Notes: generated by a model not told the origin, from the sequence alone. A DNA stretch of 64,000 nt from Marsupella aquatica (GCA_973895155.1 OZ316896.1:2976001-3040000), one strand, 5' to 3'; positions 26,411 through 40,196 are shown, numbered from the stretch's first letter. Numbers and translations are program-made.

Positions 26411-29400
26411 GTGTGAACTGAACGTGGATTGGCTTCTGTTTTGCCAGGATCGGCAAGTGAGGAAGATAGTCTTTGCAAACCATGAAGACCAAATTAAGCC
26501 ACCCCCAAGACCTAGTTGATATCAAGAGAAGGAAGCCCTTTTTGAGAGATTTCCTGGGAGATTTCCAGTGCATCCAAGAAGTCTCCCAACTAACTTTTGT
26601 TGAGGAGATATAATTGTCATTTCTGTTTAGTATCTCCACTTAATACCACCCTGAATACCGCAACCGCCTTGCTTCACAACTTGCCACCCCCAGACCAACT
26701 TTGGTCTTCTATTTTTGGCCCCCCATTGATCACAACTCGAACCAAGCCGATTAGGCACATAGTTAACTTGCTTGGCCCATAACTCCTGGCTTGTTTGGAG
26801 TTAGTAGAGGAAGTGCCATAGCCTACTCTGACCGGGCAGGCGAGAAGCTCATGCCTGGACCCTTAGGACTCACTTTCTGTCAGACACCCAAGTAGCCCTG
26901 CCCATGCGGTGCCAATAGCTGATGCGATATGTGCCCGTTACTCATGAATCAAACTTCATTGCACTTAGGCCTAAGAGGAGCTCCCACTTGAACCCTAAAG
27001 ACTCTATTATGGTCTGTCCAGGATTTCAGAACTGTGCACCATAGTTTTAGGCCATGAGTTGGAGTTGGAGTTGGACTTTTTGTCATTTCAACATCACACT
27101 TTTCTCATCTTGACACCTTTTTCTCACCCGGGCTAAAGTTTTACTGCAATTTTACTTTCTTAATTGAGGGACATTCAAAATGTGGGGTCGAAGTTGTTTC
27201 CCTAGTGAATCGTCATTAGAATCCAAAAGTTGATATATAAGATGTATCTGCTTTACTTTTTGGAAGCCGGTTTCAAGGGCGAATGGCAAACTGCTGGTTT
27301 TCGAATTTTTATGTTTGATTGGGTTACATGCGTAAAAGCTCTCTAACCGGCATTTTAAGTCGTCGAGCCAAATTTCACGAGCTGATATTGTGAATCACTC
27401 GTACAATTTCAGTAGTTTCAACGACTCAAACTTACAGCAAATCCCTGACAGTTTACCCATGGTTGGAGTAGAAATCTGAAACAGTCCTTTCAATGTTGTA
27501 CACGAGCAAAAAGCAAAAAATTAAATGACTTTGTGTCCGAAATACAGAGCACCCGAAACAATGAGCACAATCGCACCTCACCCGCCAATGAATGCCTGAT
27601 TTCGCAGACCAGATAGATTAGTGCTGAGAAGAAGTCAAACAAAGCACTTGGAGGGTCAGTTGTCACAGTGATCCCTATGAAAGAAATAGTCTATCACGAT
27701 CACTCTCCTGGACCATGTACTCAACTTCTCAATGAGTTACATTAAATGCCTGAACAGACAAAACTGTAATTCTAACAATGCAACCAGCAGCGTAGAACAA
27801 ATTAAGTAGCTGGCTGGAAAATCAATGAGTGATCAAATTACAACCGAAGCCAAGCAGAGGGACAATTGTACTTCAGACAATTCAGCTGGTTTAATTTTCA
27901 GTTGGGACAGAATAAAGATGGAAATTTAGGTCCTGGCTCATCCTCATCAACGAATGACGACTTGTCCCAGTTGACACGAAGAACTTTTTATGTAGTGACA
28001 TAGATTGGTGTCCCCCACCTGTCGTCTACATGTAAAATCAGAGCTTGTCAATGGGCCTCTCCGATTGCACATTGCTTCATTAATATCGGGGAAAAACCAA
28101 GTGCTGTTTTGTAGATCTTTACAGTAAGTTGCTTTGCAGTGAAATCCTAGGGACAAGTAAGACAAGCTAGACACAATTAGCATTCTTATTGACCTGAGTT
28201 ATCAAAACACACATGAAAACACAATACCGGACCAGTTACGAGCCTTTTTTGAGGTCAGCCAGGAATCGTATATTTTTCTCTCACTCAGATTTAGATTGAG
28301 CCTTTTCGCGTACACTGCTGCTGCTCCCTAAATTATAGTTTGTCCAAGGACACACGAATGAGAAGAATCGGAGCTGAGTACATCTGTCTGAGAACATAAC
28401 AGATGTTCTCGAACACCAATGATTGGTTTTTCTCGTCGAACCGTCTCACTAAAATTCAATGAAGCTTTGGTTGAATGATCCTGAACAAATGCAAAAGTAA
28501 GACTGCCTTCGACTGAAAAGAAGACTCCATTGACGTTCAAAAGCGTACTAGGCTGTTTGAGCATTTTGAACTTCTATGCATAAGTTCTTTTCATATCGGT
28601 TGCATTCTGCCCCTGCAAATCAATGTCATGGCAAAGACCTGTTGGAACGTGGTATTGAAAAAACCATCCACTGATGTCCACTTGCAATATCTTGAGCATC
28701 GCATTTTGATTCCTTCATTTCCCTGACTGTAATGTCGTATTTCGATTATTTTGTTTCCCCATGTAGGGAAGGGCTGATTTGTTTCCCGATGTCGTTCCTG
28801 CTCATCGGCTCTCTGTCATGACCTTAATATGACCCTCGTATCAGATAATAAATTGGTAAGAACAAATCTATACTACACTTCATCTTAGCAAAATGTCGAG
28901 AAAGGTGTGCTGGACCGGGCGGGCTTTGAACTCCCTATGGCCTTTCAGCTTTCTTTGCCTTCCACTGTGAATGCGAGGTCAGTTTTGGTTTGCTGGCTTT
29001 GACACCGGTGTGACCTTCAAATCCCAGAAATGTGGTTTTAAAAAGCAGAAGTACTTGTAGACTTTGGAACCACGATAGCACGAAGCAATCTCTGGGTGTC
29101 GAGAGTTGGTCAGCGAACCTTCACCTGTCCTTTCAACGTGTAATAGTAGTAATGCTCTTTACAACTAATTTAAAATGCTTGGCTTTTCAGTCTACGATGT
29201 AGACGAAATCAAGAATTCTGAGCAATTGGTGGACTCCTTGCTGTGCTGGCAACAGGCAACAGACGCATTTTGACTTTAGAGTTAGGAGCTGAAACTCCGG
29301 CCAAAGGAAATTATTGACCCAACTGACGCTCAGTTTCCATTGATTTCATAAAATCTCAATTCTCATGACCCAGCCCAACCGTTGAATTTGTTGACAAATG

Positions 29401-30661
29401 GTTCGTCCACAGTTTCATGACGATTCCACATTTTTACCCGCATGTTATAGACATCATGCTCGCCATCCCTATATAGTGAAGCCGATCCAATTGCCAGGTT
29501 TAGCTGGTGAAAATGCACAGCATCGTCAGTAGCGAGGAGTCTTAGCTGGAAAGGTTGGCTATACTTTTGTTCCAATGAGTGTCATCTTTGACAGTAGATT
29601 TTCTGGCAAAAGGAAATAGCTGGAAACAGAGACAGAATTACAACATGTCCAGCTCGCTGGTTGAATTCACCAGAAGCCGAATTGGATGCCGAATCTGTAT
29701 CCTGCCGTTTTCAAAAAGCTTTTGAGAATGTTTCCATGATAGTTCCTGTAAATATTCACCTCCAGTTAGATTTCAAGTAGCTTTGTCAACATCTGAAGCA
29801 AGTAAGCACAACAAGGGCTTTTAGTTGCTCCGTTCTGTTTGCACTAATATATGACACAACATGATCGATGTGATCGAATAGCTACTCGGCTTGAGGGAGG
29901 ATGAATGCATGCGGCAAGGCCGAGGGTTTATAAGGAAGGCCTCAATGGAAGTGTAAATAAAACCAAAAGGTGGTCTAATTAGCCGAATACGGGTCAGAAT
30001 GCTCCGTGTCAACTGCATGCTCGCCAGCATGAAGAAGATTCCTGGAAAGGACGGCTCAAATAAAGGTGATAAGGATGCTTCCCAAATGAATTTGAGGCAT
30101 TCAACAGAACATACCATACACAATCGAACGATGATATATCTACCCAGCGGTAAATGTGAGTACCAATGTACATTGCTCCTCTCAAATCTCAATGCGGCAG
30201 TACTGGAACCCACAACCATTCTAGGAATCGAGCGTTTCATATTGCGAACAATCGCAGTTCAACATTATTGGGGAAAATAATCTCGTTACTGCTCTAGATC
30301 ACAGCACCAAGTTGAAACAATCATGTCTTTTGCGGATGACAGAGAAAGAAATGAACGATACCTCTCTTTCAAAATTCTAACCGATCGATCGACTCAACGG
30401 TGACATGCAATCGGGCTTCACGTAGTTGACAAGGGCTGACGACACCAGTACCGCTCTGGGACTTTGCTACTAAGCTAGCATTCCATAGTATTTCGTTTCC
30501 CTCCCGTTATGGCTCAGCCCCCACTACGATAAATAACATAAATGTCTTGAGCATATGCATTACAGACTGAAGCCCTCTATATAATATCATTCAATCATTG
30601 GAGTGCTACTGTGCTGTTCGCTTGTAAGGTCCCAATTCAATACCGAAGTGCTACTGTCTAG

Positions 30662-31152
30662 CTACAATGCGGGCGGACGTGAAGAGTGGTTCTCACGTAG
30701 ACGTCGCCACTTCATCTTGCCAGTTCACCCATGACCGGAGAAGGCTTTTCAGGACTCAAGGTCAAATACAAATCACCGCCCTCCGTCCAGAAGCTGAAAA
30801 TTCGCCTCTGCGTGTTCCCGAGCCAGTTCGGAAAGCTGGAAACCTTCATATGGTGCACGAGCACAGTCTCCTTTCCACTCTCGTCCAGATAGTATGGTCC
30901 CGCGTAAGCAAGATAGTTCCTCCCAGCCTGCGCGTACTCTTCGTCGGTTCCATCATATGGGCCATCGGCCTTGAAATGACTCTGGCCGGGAGTTCGAAGT
31001 TGTGCCGACATGTATCCGTCTGACGTGTACACGATCATACCTTGAGCATTCGGTTCCATGGAATAGATTTTATCATCTGGATCGGATCCTCTGTATCTCG
31101 AGATGTCGACGAGCTCCCATGCACCGATGAACTGCGACTTCAGAGTCGACAT
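30662..31152 (-). pseudogene. Lipocalin-like (Lipocalin_5-type) protein, fungal/bacterial-like, frameshifted near the C-terminus
   Basis: MSTLKSQFIGAWELV...GMIVYTSDGYMSAQL...YLAYAGPY...HH...SFPNWLGNTQRR are Lipocalin_5 hallmark motifs. The ORF stops at 30712, but the expected terminal KWRRL.EN appears in another frame ending at TAG 30662. Confidence 0.8.
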
Positions 31153-31595
31153 TGGCAATAATTGAGATTGGGGCTTTTTGTGGAACTCAAGATTGAAGCT
31201 GGTAAATTCCAGAAGCTACATCCAATCCTGCGTACGTGCCCAAATTTTTCAGCTGAAAGAACCATGCGAGAGTGAATTCCCACGGCTTTCGATAGATGAC
31301 TGCTTGACGGATTGAAAGACGAGTGCGTGATCGAAGCCCTTCGGTAGATAGCTGCCGGGACGGTTCCGAAGAAAAACCTCCGGTGGCTTTCACTAGACCG
31401 TAGTTGCCTGAAGGAATCCAGTAAGCTTTCCGTGGCCTTCAATATATAGATGCAGTAGCAGCTTGAGGCATCAGACTCTCATCAGTCTGCGTTTCCACCT
31501 CCTGTCACCAATCTTCGATCCTTGAAAGATTATGGAATTGCGCCGGGATTATATTCATTCATGATGGGTCGAATACTCGAATGCCTACAATCCAG

Positions 31596-32044
31596 GGTAC
31601 ACAATTCTTGTATAATATGGAGGGGTCTACATTTTTATATGGACTAAAAAGTTAAAAATTAAAATGTGAATAAACTTGAGTTACGCTTTTAAAAATTTTT
31701 AAGGAAAAGGTTTGGTTTTCTTATTTTTTCACATAAAATTTAAAAAAATTTCCTAAACTTATTGTAATTTTTATTAAAATATTTTTAAAATTTTAATAAA
31801 AATCCCAAACGCTGGCTAGTTTGGCTGTAGACCACCGTATTAAAAAAAGCCATATAATTTGGTTTTTATCAAATTTTTCCATATCAAAACAAGTACAATT
31901 TTTTTTAAAGTTACATCTTTGGATTCCCTGAGTTGAGAGGTACAAGAATTTAGTAGGCTAAAATGAAACTTCACATGGTCAATTGGATATAAAATAATTA
32001 TAAGGAATTAAAAACCTGCCTTATAAAAAGGAGAGTTGCATACC
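31596..32044. mobile_element. Possible AT-rich PIF/Harbinger-like MITE
   Basis: CAG|GGTACACAATTC ... GAGTTGCATACC|CAG: weak TIR and a 3-bp flanking repeat. Confidence 0.35.
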
Positions 32045-32124
32045 CAGGCCTACAATTCTTTTCAAAAAGCCTGGCCGCGCGCAAGAGGTCACTCAGATCA
32101 CTTCTGAGGAGTACTTCAAGTGCA

Positions 32125-32375
32125 CAGGTAATCTGTCATTTTAAAGCTCTCATTGTAAAGTGGAGGTAGTCTCTGATTGTAAAGTGTACAGAGCTCTCAA
32201 TGTAAAGTGGAGGTAGTCTCTGATTGTAAAGTGTACAGGTTACCCTAAGCTGGAAAGTGTACAGCTTACCCTTGGCTGGAAAGTGTACAGGTTACCCTTA
32301 GCTCTCATTCTTAAGTGGAGGTAATCTCTCATTATAACGTGCTCTTGTAAAGTGGAGGTAATCTCTCATTATAAT
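32125..32375. repeat. Degenerate short tandem repeats (CTCTCATTGTAAAGTGGAGGTA / AAAGTGTACAGGTTACCCT)
   Basis: Directly visible repeated units. Confidence 0.75.
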
Positions 32376-33292
32376 GGAGGTATTCTATGTTGCGAGCAAA
32401 CAAGAGATTTTGATAGAGAGGAGATCTTGATAGCGAGACAATAATTGTTCCAAATTTCAGTTGCTTTTTGGTGCCTTTTACATTTTTTGTGTTGTTTTAA
32501 ACACTCCAGATGGCTAGCGAGCTCGCTAGAAAAAAGGGAGTCCCCAAAAGGCATGATACCAACCAGGTAGTTGATAGCAAGGTAGTTGCATGTAGAAAAA
32601 TAAGGATCATGCAAACAAAAAAAAATTGCTCATGCGAGGAAAAATTTTACTGTTTGCTTGCACGTTGCAATTACCCATTTTATAGTGACAGGTGTGGTTT
32701 AACAAGACGACCTGGGCACTTTGGGGTTTTTTTCACCAAAACAAACTGGAGGGCCATTGCACACACTAAATATAGTGTCCAGGGTTAAAAGCAATTTTTT
32801 AATCCTTTTATTGCCCCGAGGTCTTGTAAAGCCAAGTGCAACTAGTAGTGCCAGGGTAGTTTACTAAAAGGACAGATTGAGTACCCACTCCACCTGAATG
32901 TCACTTAATCTTTTGGCTAAAGTTTTTCTAGATATGAGAAGAGAAGATCTTATGAAGGACTTGTGTATCCCTTTTTAAAGGAAATGACTTAAAATAGAAA
33001 TGAATCAAGAGACAAGAAGAAAAGACCTCCAAGAGAGGTGGTCAAAAATCTAGGACAAACTAGTGCTTCACATAAGCAAAAATTGGGCCCCATTATATTC
33101 CAAGTAGTATTGTTAAGAGGTTTGGTTGAAAGTGCCCCCAACTCTTTGTAAAGTGAACAGCAGAAATTCCAAATTGATGGTTCTGATCAGATCTTGGGGA
33201 CAACAAAGAAGCTGCCAATTTCCCCCCCAACTTCTTGTAATTAAAGCCACTCTGACTTGTGATACCCGCCGTTTATCAGAAATGACTTGAAG

Positions 33293-33782
33293 TTTGTCAC
33301 TTCTGATGTCTGTTGCCTTGAACGAACCAAATGCTCCTCAGAACAAACGACCCACACGCACCTCTTACTACGGGATGTCATTTGATCAGTCGCCTTGCTT
33401 TCGTGTAAGGTAACGGAAAGGTCCAGAGCTCTTTCCTCCCAAAGCCCAAAAATTCCCTATGATCACGATTCGTCACGCGTGGTATCATGAGATTTCGGGT
33501 GGCTGGATCTCGTTTTCCTTGCATCCAACATGGAGCATGACAGAAGTAGTACATGTTCTCATTTGTCACTTCTGATGTCTGTTGCCTTGAATGAACCAAA
33601 TGCTCCTCAGAACAAAAGACCCAGACGCACCTCTTACTACGGGATGTCATTCGATCAGTCGCCTTGCTTTCGTGTAAGGTGAAGGAAAGGTCCAGAGCTC
33701 TTTCCTCCCGAAGCCCAAAAATTCCCTATGATCACGAGACTTCGCGCGTGGTATCATGAGATTTCAGGTGGCTGGATGTCGT
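33293..33782. repeat. Tandem duplication, ~220 bp repeated at 269-bp spacing
   Basis: TTTGTCACTTCTGATGTCTGTTGCCTTGAA...GGTGGCTGGAT at 33293 and 33562. Confidence 0.9.
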
Positions 33783-36174
33783 CTGCCAACACGCAGCATA
33801 ATAGAAGTACTGTACTACTGTAGTTCTCTTTTAAACCGTTCACTCGCCATCTAAAAAGGGAAGTGTCCAAAGATTTCTCCCTTTTTCACTTTCTTTCTTC
33901 CCCTTTCCCTATTCCTCCACAAATTCGACGTCTCCCGTTCCATATTCCTCCACAAATTGGAAGTGATACTATTTATGGTGAAACCATTTTTTGTCATGGC
34001 TAGTGGTGGTTCAATGACTCTACTAGTCCAGTGAGGTCCTAGACTCCTAGTCTTTTTGAGGCAAATGATGGATGGGCTCGTGGCTGGAAGACCTCGCCTC
34101 ATGGGCCCCATGAAAATTTCATTACATATTGTGCCCAGCCCTCCACTGTAGAACTGGAACCCACTACTGACATTGTAAATTAGTGTGATCCAACCACAAA
34201 GTGAATACAATATTGTTAATGTTTAATAAATAAATAAAGCCTTATAGGGACAGGAGAAATTATGACTAATTCAAAAAAATTCACAAGGTTTTACATGTTG
34301 GAGGTGAGACATGTTTACAACAATCCTAACACAATAATCCTGTAAAGCAGATGGGCATAGGGTCAATGTGGAGTTTGGTAGATTAGATGAGTCTCATCAT
34401 CAAGTAAATATTCAGAAGCTCAAGCCTGTTGAATGTGACAATTGTTTTTTTTTAATTATGACTAATTGAGCTAGGCTTACCATAGTGACAACAACTTAGA
34501 CTAGCAACAAAGGAATTCTGCAATGTCATTGTACTCAACTGTTTTCAAATAAATTGCAAATTTTTGAAAATGTCCAATGTTCATGTGCAATTTGTAGCAA
34601 GTTTTTCTTAGGCATGTAGCTTCATCCCATGTGTATCTGTTAATTGCAATGGTATTTTGGTCCACATACTCTATCTCTCAAAGATGGTAAGTGTCACATG
34701 AAGTTATTAACCTCCATGAGCTTGTCTTCCAAAGAGGGTCATTTCCCCTGCCCGGTTGCAATCTGTCTTCATAAAGTCTATAGGGTCCCAAACCAGGCGC
34801 AACATTTTTGGGTAAACACCACAAAATATTAAATAAATAAATAGTTGTAGTATTTTTTTGCCCCTTATCTCTAATAATATTCCTAAATAGGGTTTAACAC
34901 TATATTTGTTGAAATATGAAATATATTTGTTGAAATATGAAAATTGGATTAAAAGAAACTCCTTGGTAATCTTAGTGGACTCACTAGTTTGCCAAGCTGC
35001 TCCGACATGGCATAAATCAAGCTGGATTCAGTCTCTGTACTACGTCAACTGCATGTAGCCATCCTCTATCTACAAGTGCAAAAACCGTGTCCAATGTTAG
35101 ACGTATCCTTCTATGAGGTGAGTAGGAGTATGTGTCAGTTACTATTGTAGAGCAACTTGGTTGAGTTATTTTTTGAAGCTGCTAATATGGTGAATGCAAC
35201 TTTCAGTATTTTGTCTTTTCAAACTTCTTTTGTTATGCATTTTTATTTCAATGACTGTGTCTTACCAAGGTGCATCCCTTGTATAATTTAGATTTCCAAT
35301 TTATTCTAGCAGCCCTCTAATTTTTTTAAATATTTGCTATATTTTAAGATCATCCACCCTGTAACAAAGCTCCTTGAATTTCTAGCCCTTATTCTCATGA
35401 GTACAGAAGAAATGATCTAAATAATGTGCACACCTTATATCTTTAAGTACTACTCATGGTTTTGTGTCCTAAATTTATAATTTTAATTATTTTGAGTGTC
35501 ATTATCTAAAATAAATACATAAGTATCTCTACTCATGTGCGCATCCCAATACTATCAACTTAAACTTTTCTGTTCATTATTATTTTTCTTTACATGTGTA
35601 CTTTTATTTTTGTACCTTATTTGCACAAGTTTCAATATGATAGACTGTACAACTTCCTAATCCTGTTTATATTTTAATTAGAACACTTGTATATCACTAA
35701 AAAACAAAAAAATAAAGCATGTTCCAGGATAAGCATGCTATATATGAGGACTTGAGCTATTGGTTTGGGTTCAAAAGAGGTTACCACACTGAAATGCTTC
35801 ATGGCTAAGTTTTTTATAAGAACTCCGGGCTGATCTACTTTCATTTTTGCGTCAGGCATAATCCTAGCCATTCAAACAGGAGAAAAGTCATGAACTTAGG
35901 GGAATAATTTGCCAAACCAATACCCTTCCTAGTCACCTAGTAGTGGACACCATTCTTTGCTGACTTGGCCTTGCTTTTTTTGTCAAAAAAATTAGACTAC
36001 CTCAAGAGGTGGGTTTAATGAAAGGAACACTTGGTTCAGATTTCACACAATATTTCCCAAGGCCCAAGGGATACCAGGTATAGACGGCCAATGGCTTTCA
36101 TTTTTGCTATGGTAAACAGTAAGGGTCGTGGCTGCAATCTTCTATGCGAAGGTGAGGAAGGTGTGGAAGAAATG

Positions 36175-36320
36175 CGAGTCAGTACAATGGAAAAGCTAAT
36201 ATGAGAAGGTGGTAGATATTGGAAGAACAGCGAGTCAGTAGAATGCAAAAGCTAAATGTGAGAAGAAGGTAGATATTGGAGAACAGCTAGTCAGTAGAAT
36301 GGAAAAGCCAAATATGAGAA
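36175..36320. repeat. ~56-bp tandem repeat, ~2.5 copies
   Basis: AGTCAGTA(C/G)AATG.AAAAGC.AA..TGAGAAG recurs three times. Confidence 0.75.
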
Positions 36321-37119
36321 GTTTGGATCAAATTGTACCATTGGAGGACACTGGCCAAACTACAGGTACAGTTCATTGCCAAACTAATAAGACTCGTACG
36401 AGCCTACAAACTCTCCAAGAGTAAAATCTCCTTTGCTTCCTGCCTTTCATCCTTGGGACCAAATCATCACTATCATTTAATTCGGGCGCCAGCTAAAATT
36501 TGATAATGACGTCCTTTCATCCTCCTTTCCAAATCATAACTATTTTCATTCAATTCCGGTGCAAGCTAAAATTTGGTGCTTTTCGGAGATAATTAGGTTC
36601 CGCTCAAAAGTTCCTTACTTTCCCACATTGCATTTGCACATACAGCCTAGAGAGTACACATGTTATGTTTTTTCTCCAAAACATTCATTCACTTCTCCAG
36701 TGGTCCAACCAGGGATTTCCTGGTCCTCTGTAGGAAGCATCCACCAAATCCCTTGGGGTACTTGCAAACTAATTTAAGCTTTGCAAGAACCTTAACTATC
36801 TCCAACACCAAAATGAATTCAGCTTTGCCAGAACCACCTACATGTAACACCGAATGGCATTGAGCTATCCAGTGAAGCTAACTAGTTGTAGATTTCGTGA
36901 CTCACAAGATGCTCATGTACAGTCCGCAAATGCTTGTTTTATTCGGTCGGTGTCTCAAGTAGCCCACATCGGCGAGGAGTTTTAAGAACGAATACATCTC
37001 ATATGAGGATCATGGGAAGTGCATCCTACTGGACTGTAGGCACCTGAGTTTCAACACCTCTTTCGTAAGGCAAATCATTCTGTCAATCGACAAATTTGCT
37101 GAATCTTAGACAACATATC

Positions 37120-37590
37120 ACGATGATGAAGACTCGGTTGAGGTTGTAGAGATTTCAATACCTTCTCCAGTCCGCTTACACTGATCGCTGCCCACACTCT
37201 TGTCAAGTGCGACTTGAAACAATATAAAAACAAGAATAACTTTGGTTCGATTGCTAATCATTCATGAAAGAAAATTCAGTTTGCTAGTCCTCTGGAGATG
37301 AAGTTGAGGGTAGAGACCTGAGCCTTCTGCCCTTCTTTTACCCGATTCGCTGCCCACACTCTGTAATGTGACTTGTGACTTGGAAAACAATGTACAATTT
37401 TGGTTCCATTGCCAATTATGCGTTGAATTAGATCAGTTGGTCGGACCTCCGGAGATTCAGGTGAGAGTAGGGATTTAAACCCTTTGCACTGTTTGTTTGC
37501 TCTATTCGCTGCCCATACTTCTGTAGAGTGACAATTGTGACTCTTGGAAAACCATGAACACTTTGGTTCCAATGTCCATAATTCATTCGT
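37120..37590. repeat. Diverged ~160-bp tandem repeat, ~3 units
   Basis: TCGCTGCCCA(C/T)ACT at 37185, 37347 and 37506, each followed by GACT.GAAAAC and TTTGGTTC. Confidence 0.7.
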
Positions 37591-38627
37591 CTGCTACTTC
37601 CATCACATCAGAATGGGAACAGAAAAGTTGAACAATCGTCGCAACGTTTGTGCGAAAATCACCCCAATCACCCTGATCGTCCAATTTCCCAGGATACGTT
37701 TTTCAAGCTGGTACCAAAATTGCTCAAACTACCTCAATATCGAATCTCTGGAGAACCTGCAGGAATTCAAAGCCAACCGTTTGCCAGAGCTCTGACGTGC
37801 TTGCATATATAAATTGTAACTGTAACATTCCGCAGAACTCACGAATCTCCTTGTTGATGCTAGGGAGGGTACGCGGCTGGCCAATGTGAAGCACTTGAAA
37901 AACGCATATCCTGAAAAGTGCACAAGCCTCGATATTTACCACCTGTATATTTCTTCAATCCTAACGCAGCCTCAACCCGGCCCAAATCTGCCAGAATTGC
38001 TCTGCACGAATGAATTCTCACCAAGATGTGAACAGAAATCTGGTGCCAATGCGGCAAAATTCGTGGTCAATTAACCTAATAAGACTGCGGCTCAATTTTC
38101 CCAAACAGGTCCAACGTCCTACAAGCAAACTGGTCAGAATTTGGTACCGACCATACGAATCTTGGTTCTGCCGTACACAAAGGGGTCCTTTTATAAATGA
38201 AAAGCAGATCACAAGAATAGTTCTGGGGCTTTCACAAAAGTCGAAAAGGTTGCTGGGTAAAGCCAACTTCTTTATGACTTCTCTAATGAGGGATCGAAAG
38301 TCACTAAGACGCAAGGACTCTTCTTATTGCATTTCACAAACGTCAACAACCTTCTCGGCAACCTGCCAAACCAGACAGGTCATAACGTACACTAGGCACT
38401 AGGCAATCATCCCACGTCATCTCTCGGCTACCAAATCAATCGGCAATGCAAACATAAGAGTCGAGGATTCCATGCCCTACATACTGCAGAGCCTGCTCGC
38501 TGGTTAGCACAACATATCTCATCACACCGGCTGAAAGCTCTAGTAGTCTGGCATGGATGTGGCATGGCGTAGCCCTCTCCTCCAGATCCTGAGAATGCCA
38601 AAAATAATCCCGCTCCCTGCGCAGCGC

Positions 38628-39128
38628 TCATCCTCGTGATTGACCAGCACGAGACGACAAAATGATTCCTACAATTAGGCCATACAGAGCCAGCGCCTCG
38701 GCGAAAATAAGGATGAGGATCATCCCGACGTAGAGCTTCGGTTGTTGCGCGTTAGCTCGCACTCCTGCATCACCCACAATTCCGATAGCCATGCCAGCTG
38801 AGAGCCCAGCGAGACCGCATGCGAGCCCGGAGGCCAGATGTGCGTAGCCATCGAACACGTAATAGGGCTTCGCCTTGGGGTTGATGCCCGTGCTGATAAT
38901 CACGGCAATGATCAGCCCGTAGATACCGAGCACTCCCGCCATGACCACGGGTACGATCGATTTCATCACAAGCTCGGGCCGCATCACTCCCATGCTCGCC
39001 ACGCCCACTCCGCTCTTCGCCGTGCCATACGCCGCTCCCATGCACGAGAACACCAGCGCTGCCGCGGCTCCTATGAACCCGAAGAACGGTGCCGTCTCAT
39101 CTCCCGCAAACGCTACCTCGGACGCCAT
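38628..39128 (-). CDS. VHA-c: V-type H+-ATPase 16-kDa proteolipid subunit c, coding region intronless
   Basis: 166 aa from [40 protein letters not shown] to [30 protein letters not shown], with the proton-binding Glu conserved. The true ATG is taken at 39128, not 39254. Confidence 0.97.
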   Translation of the reverse strand: MASEVAFAGDETAPFFGFIGAAAALVFSCMGAAYGTAKSGVGVASMGVMRPELVMKSIVPVVMAGVLGIYGLIIAVIISTGINPKAKPYYVFDGYAHLASGLACGLAGLSAGMAIGIVGDAGVRANAQQPKLYVGMILILIFAEALALYGLIVGIILSSRAGQSRG

Positions 39129-39872
39129 CTCCTCTCCTCTCCTCTCCTCTCCTCCGATCCGATCCGATCCGCAAGCGTTTCCTGCGCCCACCAAATCAAT
39201 CAATCGCAGAGCCCGACTCTCTCGTTCACTCCTCGACCGACGGAGGAAACCCAATCACAGAACTGAACTCCTCGATCTTCTTCGACAGTCTTCTCCCTCC
39301 TCGGCCGAGAGAGCGAAACGCAATGCAGAGGAAATTGCTGTTGGCTCCGTGGCTGGCGATGGCGGAAGCTGCTCTCCTCCTCCTCTGTTGCTTCGTTGCG
39401 CGGTAACCAGTAGTCGTGAAGTGCCCATTAGAAGAACGGGAGGCCCTCCAACTTGGGACCCGACAGGTGGCAGGTCGAGTTCGCGGCTTTCCTCGTGTCA
39501 GCCTCAAATATAATATGAACCGAAACTAGACAAGGAGTAAATTCGGAACCTCACATAAATTTGTTAAAACCATCATCCATAATTTCCTCTATGAGAGCCA
39601 TGGGTTATCTAAGAGTTACGCTTTATTTGTAACTCTCATTCACACATCCAATTTCAGTAGGAATCACAAGTTAGTGGAAAAGGGGTCATCTCATTATAAC
39701 ATGCACACATTCATTTTCACTAGGAACCACAAGTCAGTGGAAAAAAGGGCCAAACCATGAAAGTAAATTCAAAAGAAGTGGGCAAATGTTTGATGTGTTT
39801 AGATGTTGACCATGTTGCTATGACTCAACTACATGTGCTTTGCTTGCCCTCCCTCCCTGACCCCCCACCCCC

Positions 39873-40196
39873 TGTGGGGAGAAATCAGATCAAGAAATAC
39901 ACTCCAAACATACACGTGCTCAATAGTTACGTGGTTCGCCTCAAGGTTGGCTACGTCCACGGGGCGACCAAACTTTATTAACGATTTTGTGTCTACTCAA
40001 GCATCACCATAGCTCCCATCTCTTCAAGCTCTTATCTCTTGTTGTATCATTGTGTTCTCTCTTGAGAACTCTCTTGTGTGTTTTCTCACCACATAGAAGT
40101 TGAAGAGATAAGGACCAATCTCTTCAACTAGGGTTTACTCTAACCCTAGTTAATATACTAACCATAGTTCAACCCAAGACTGAGTTAACCTCTACA
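39873..40196 (-). repeat. 3' LTR of second copia copy
   Basis: TGTGGGGAGAAATCAG...CCTCTACA is the reverse complement of the first element's LTR. Confidence 0.93.

Noticed and set aside
39129-39254. 42-aa N-terminal extension of V-ATPase c in the ORF track
   Set aside because: Starts at a non-ATG codon and runs through GA-repeat leader sequence; homology begins at ATG 39128.
38838-39513. Antisense ORFs over the V-ATPase gene
   Set aside because: Shadow frames of a GC-rich coding sequence.
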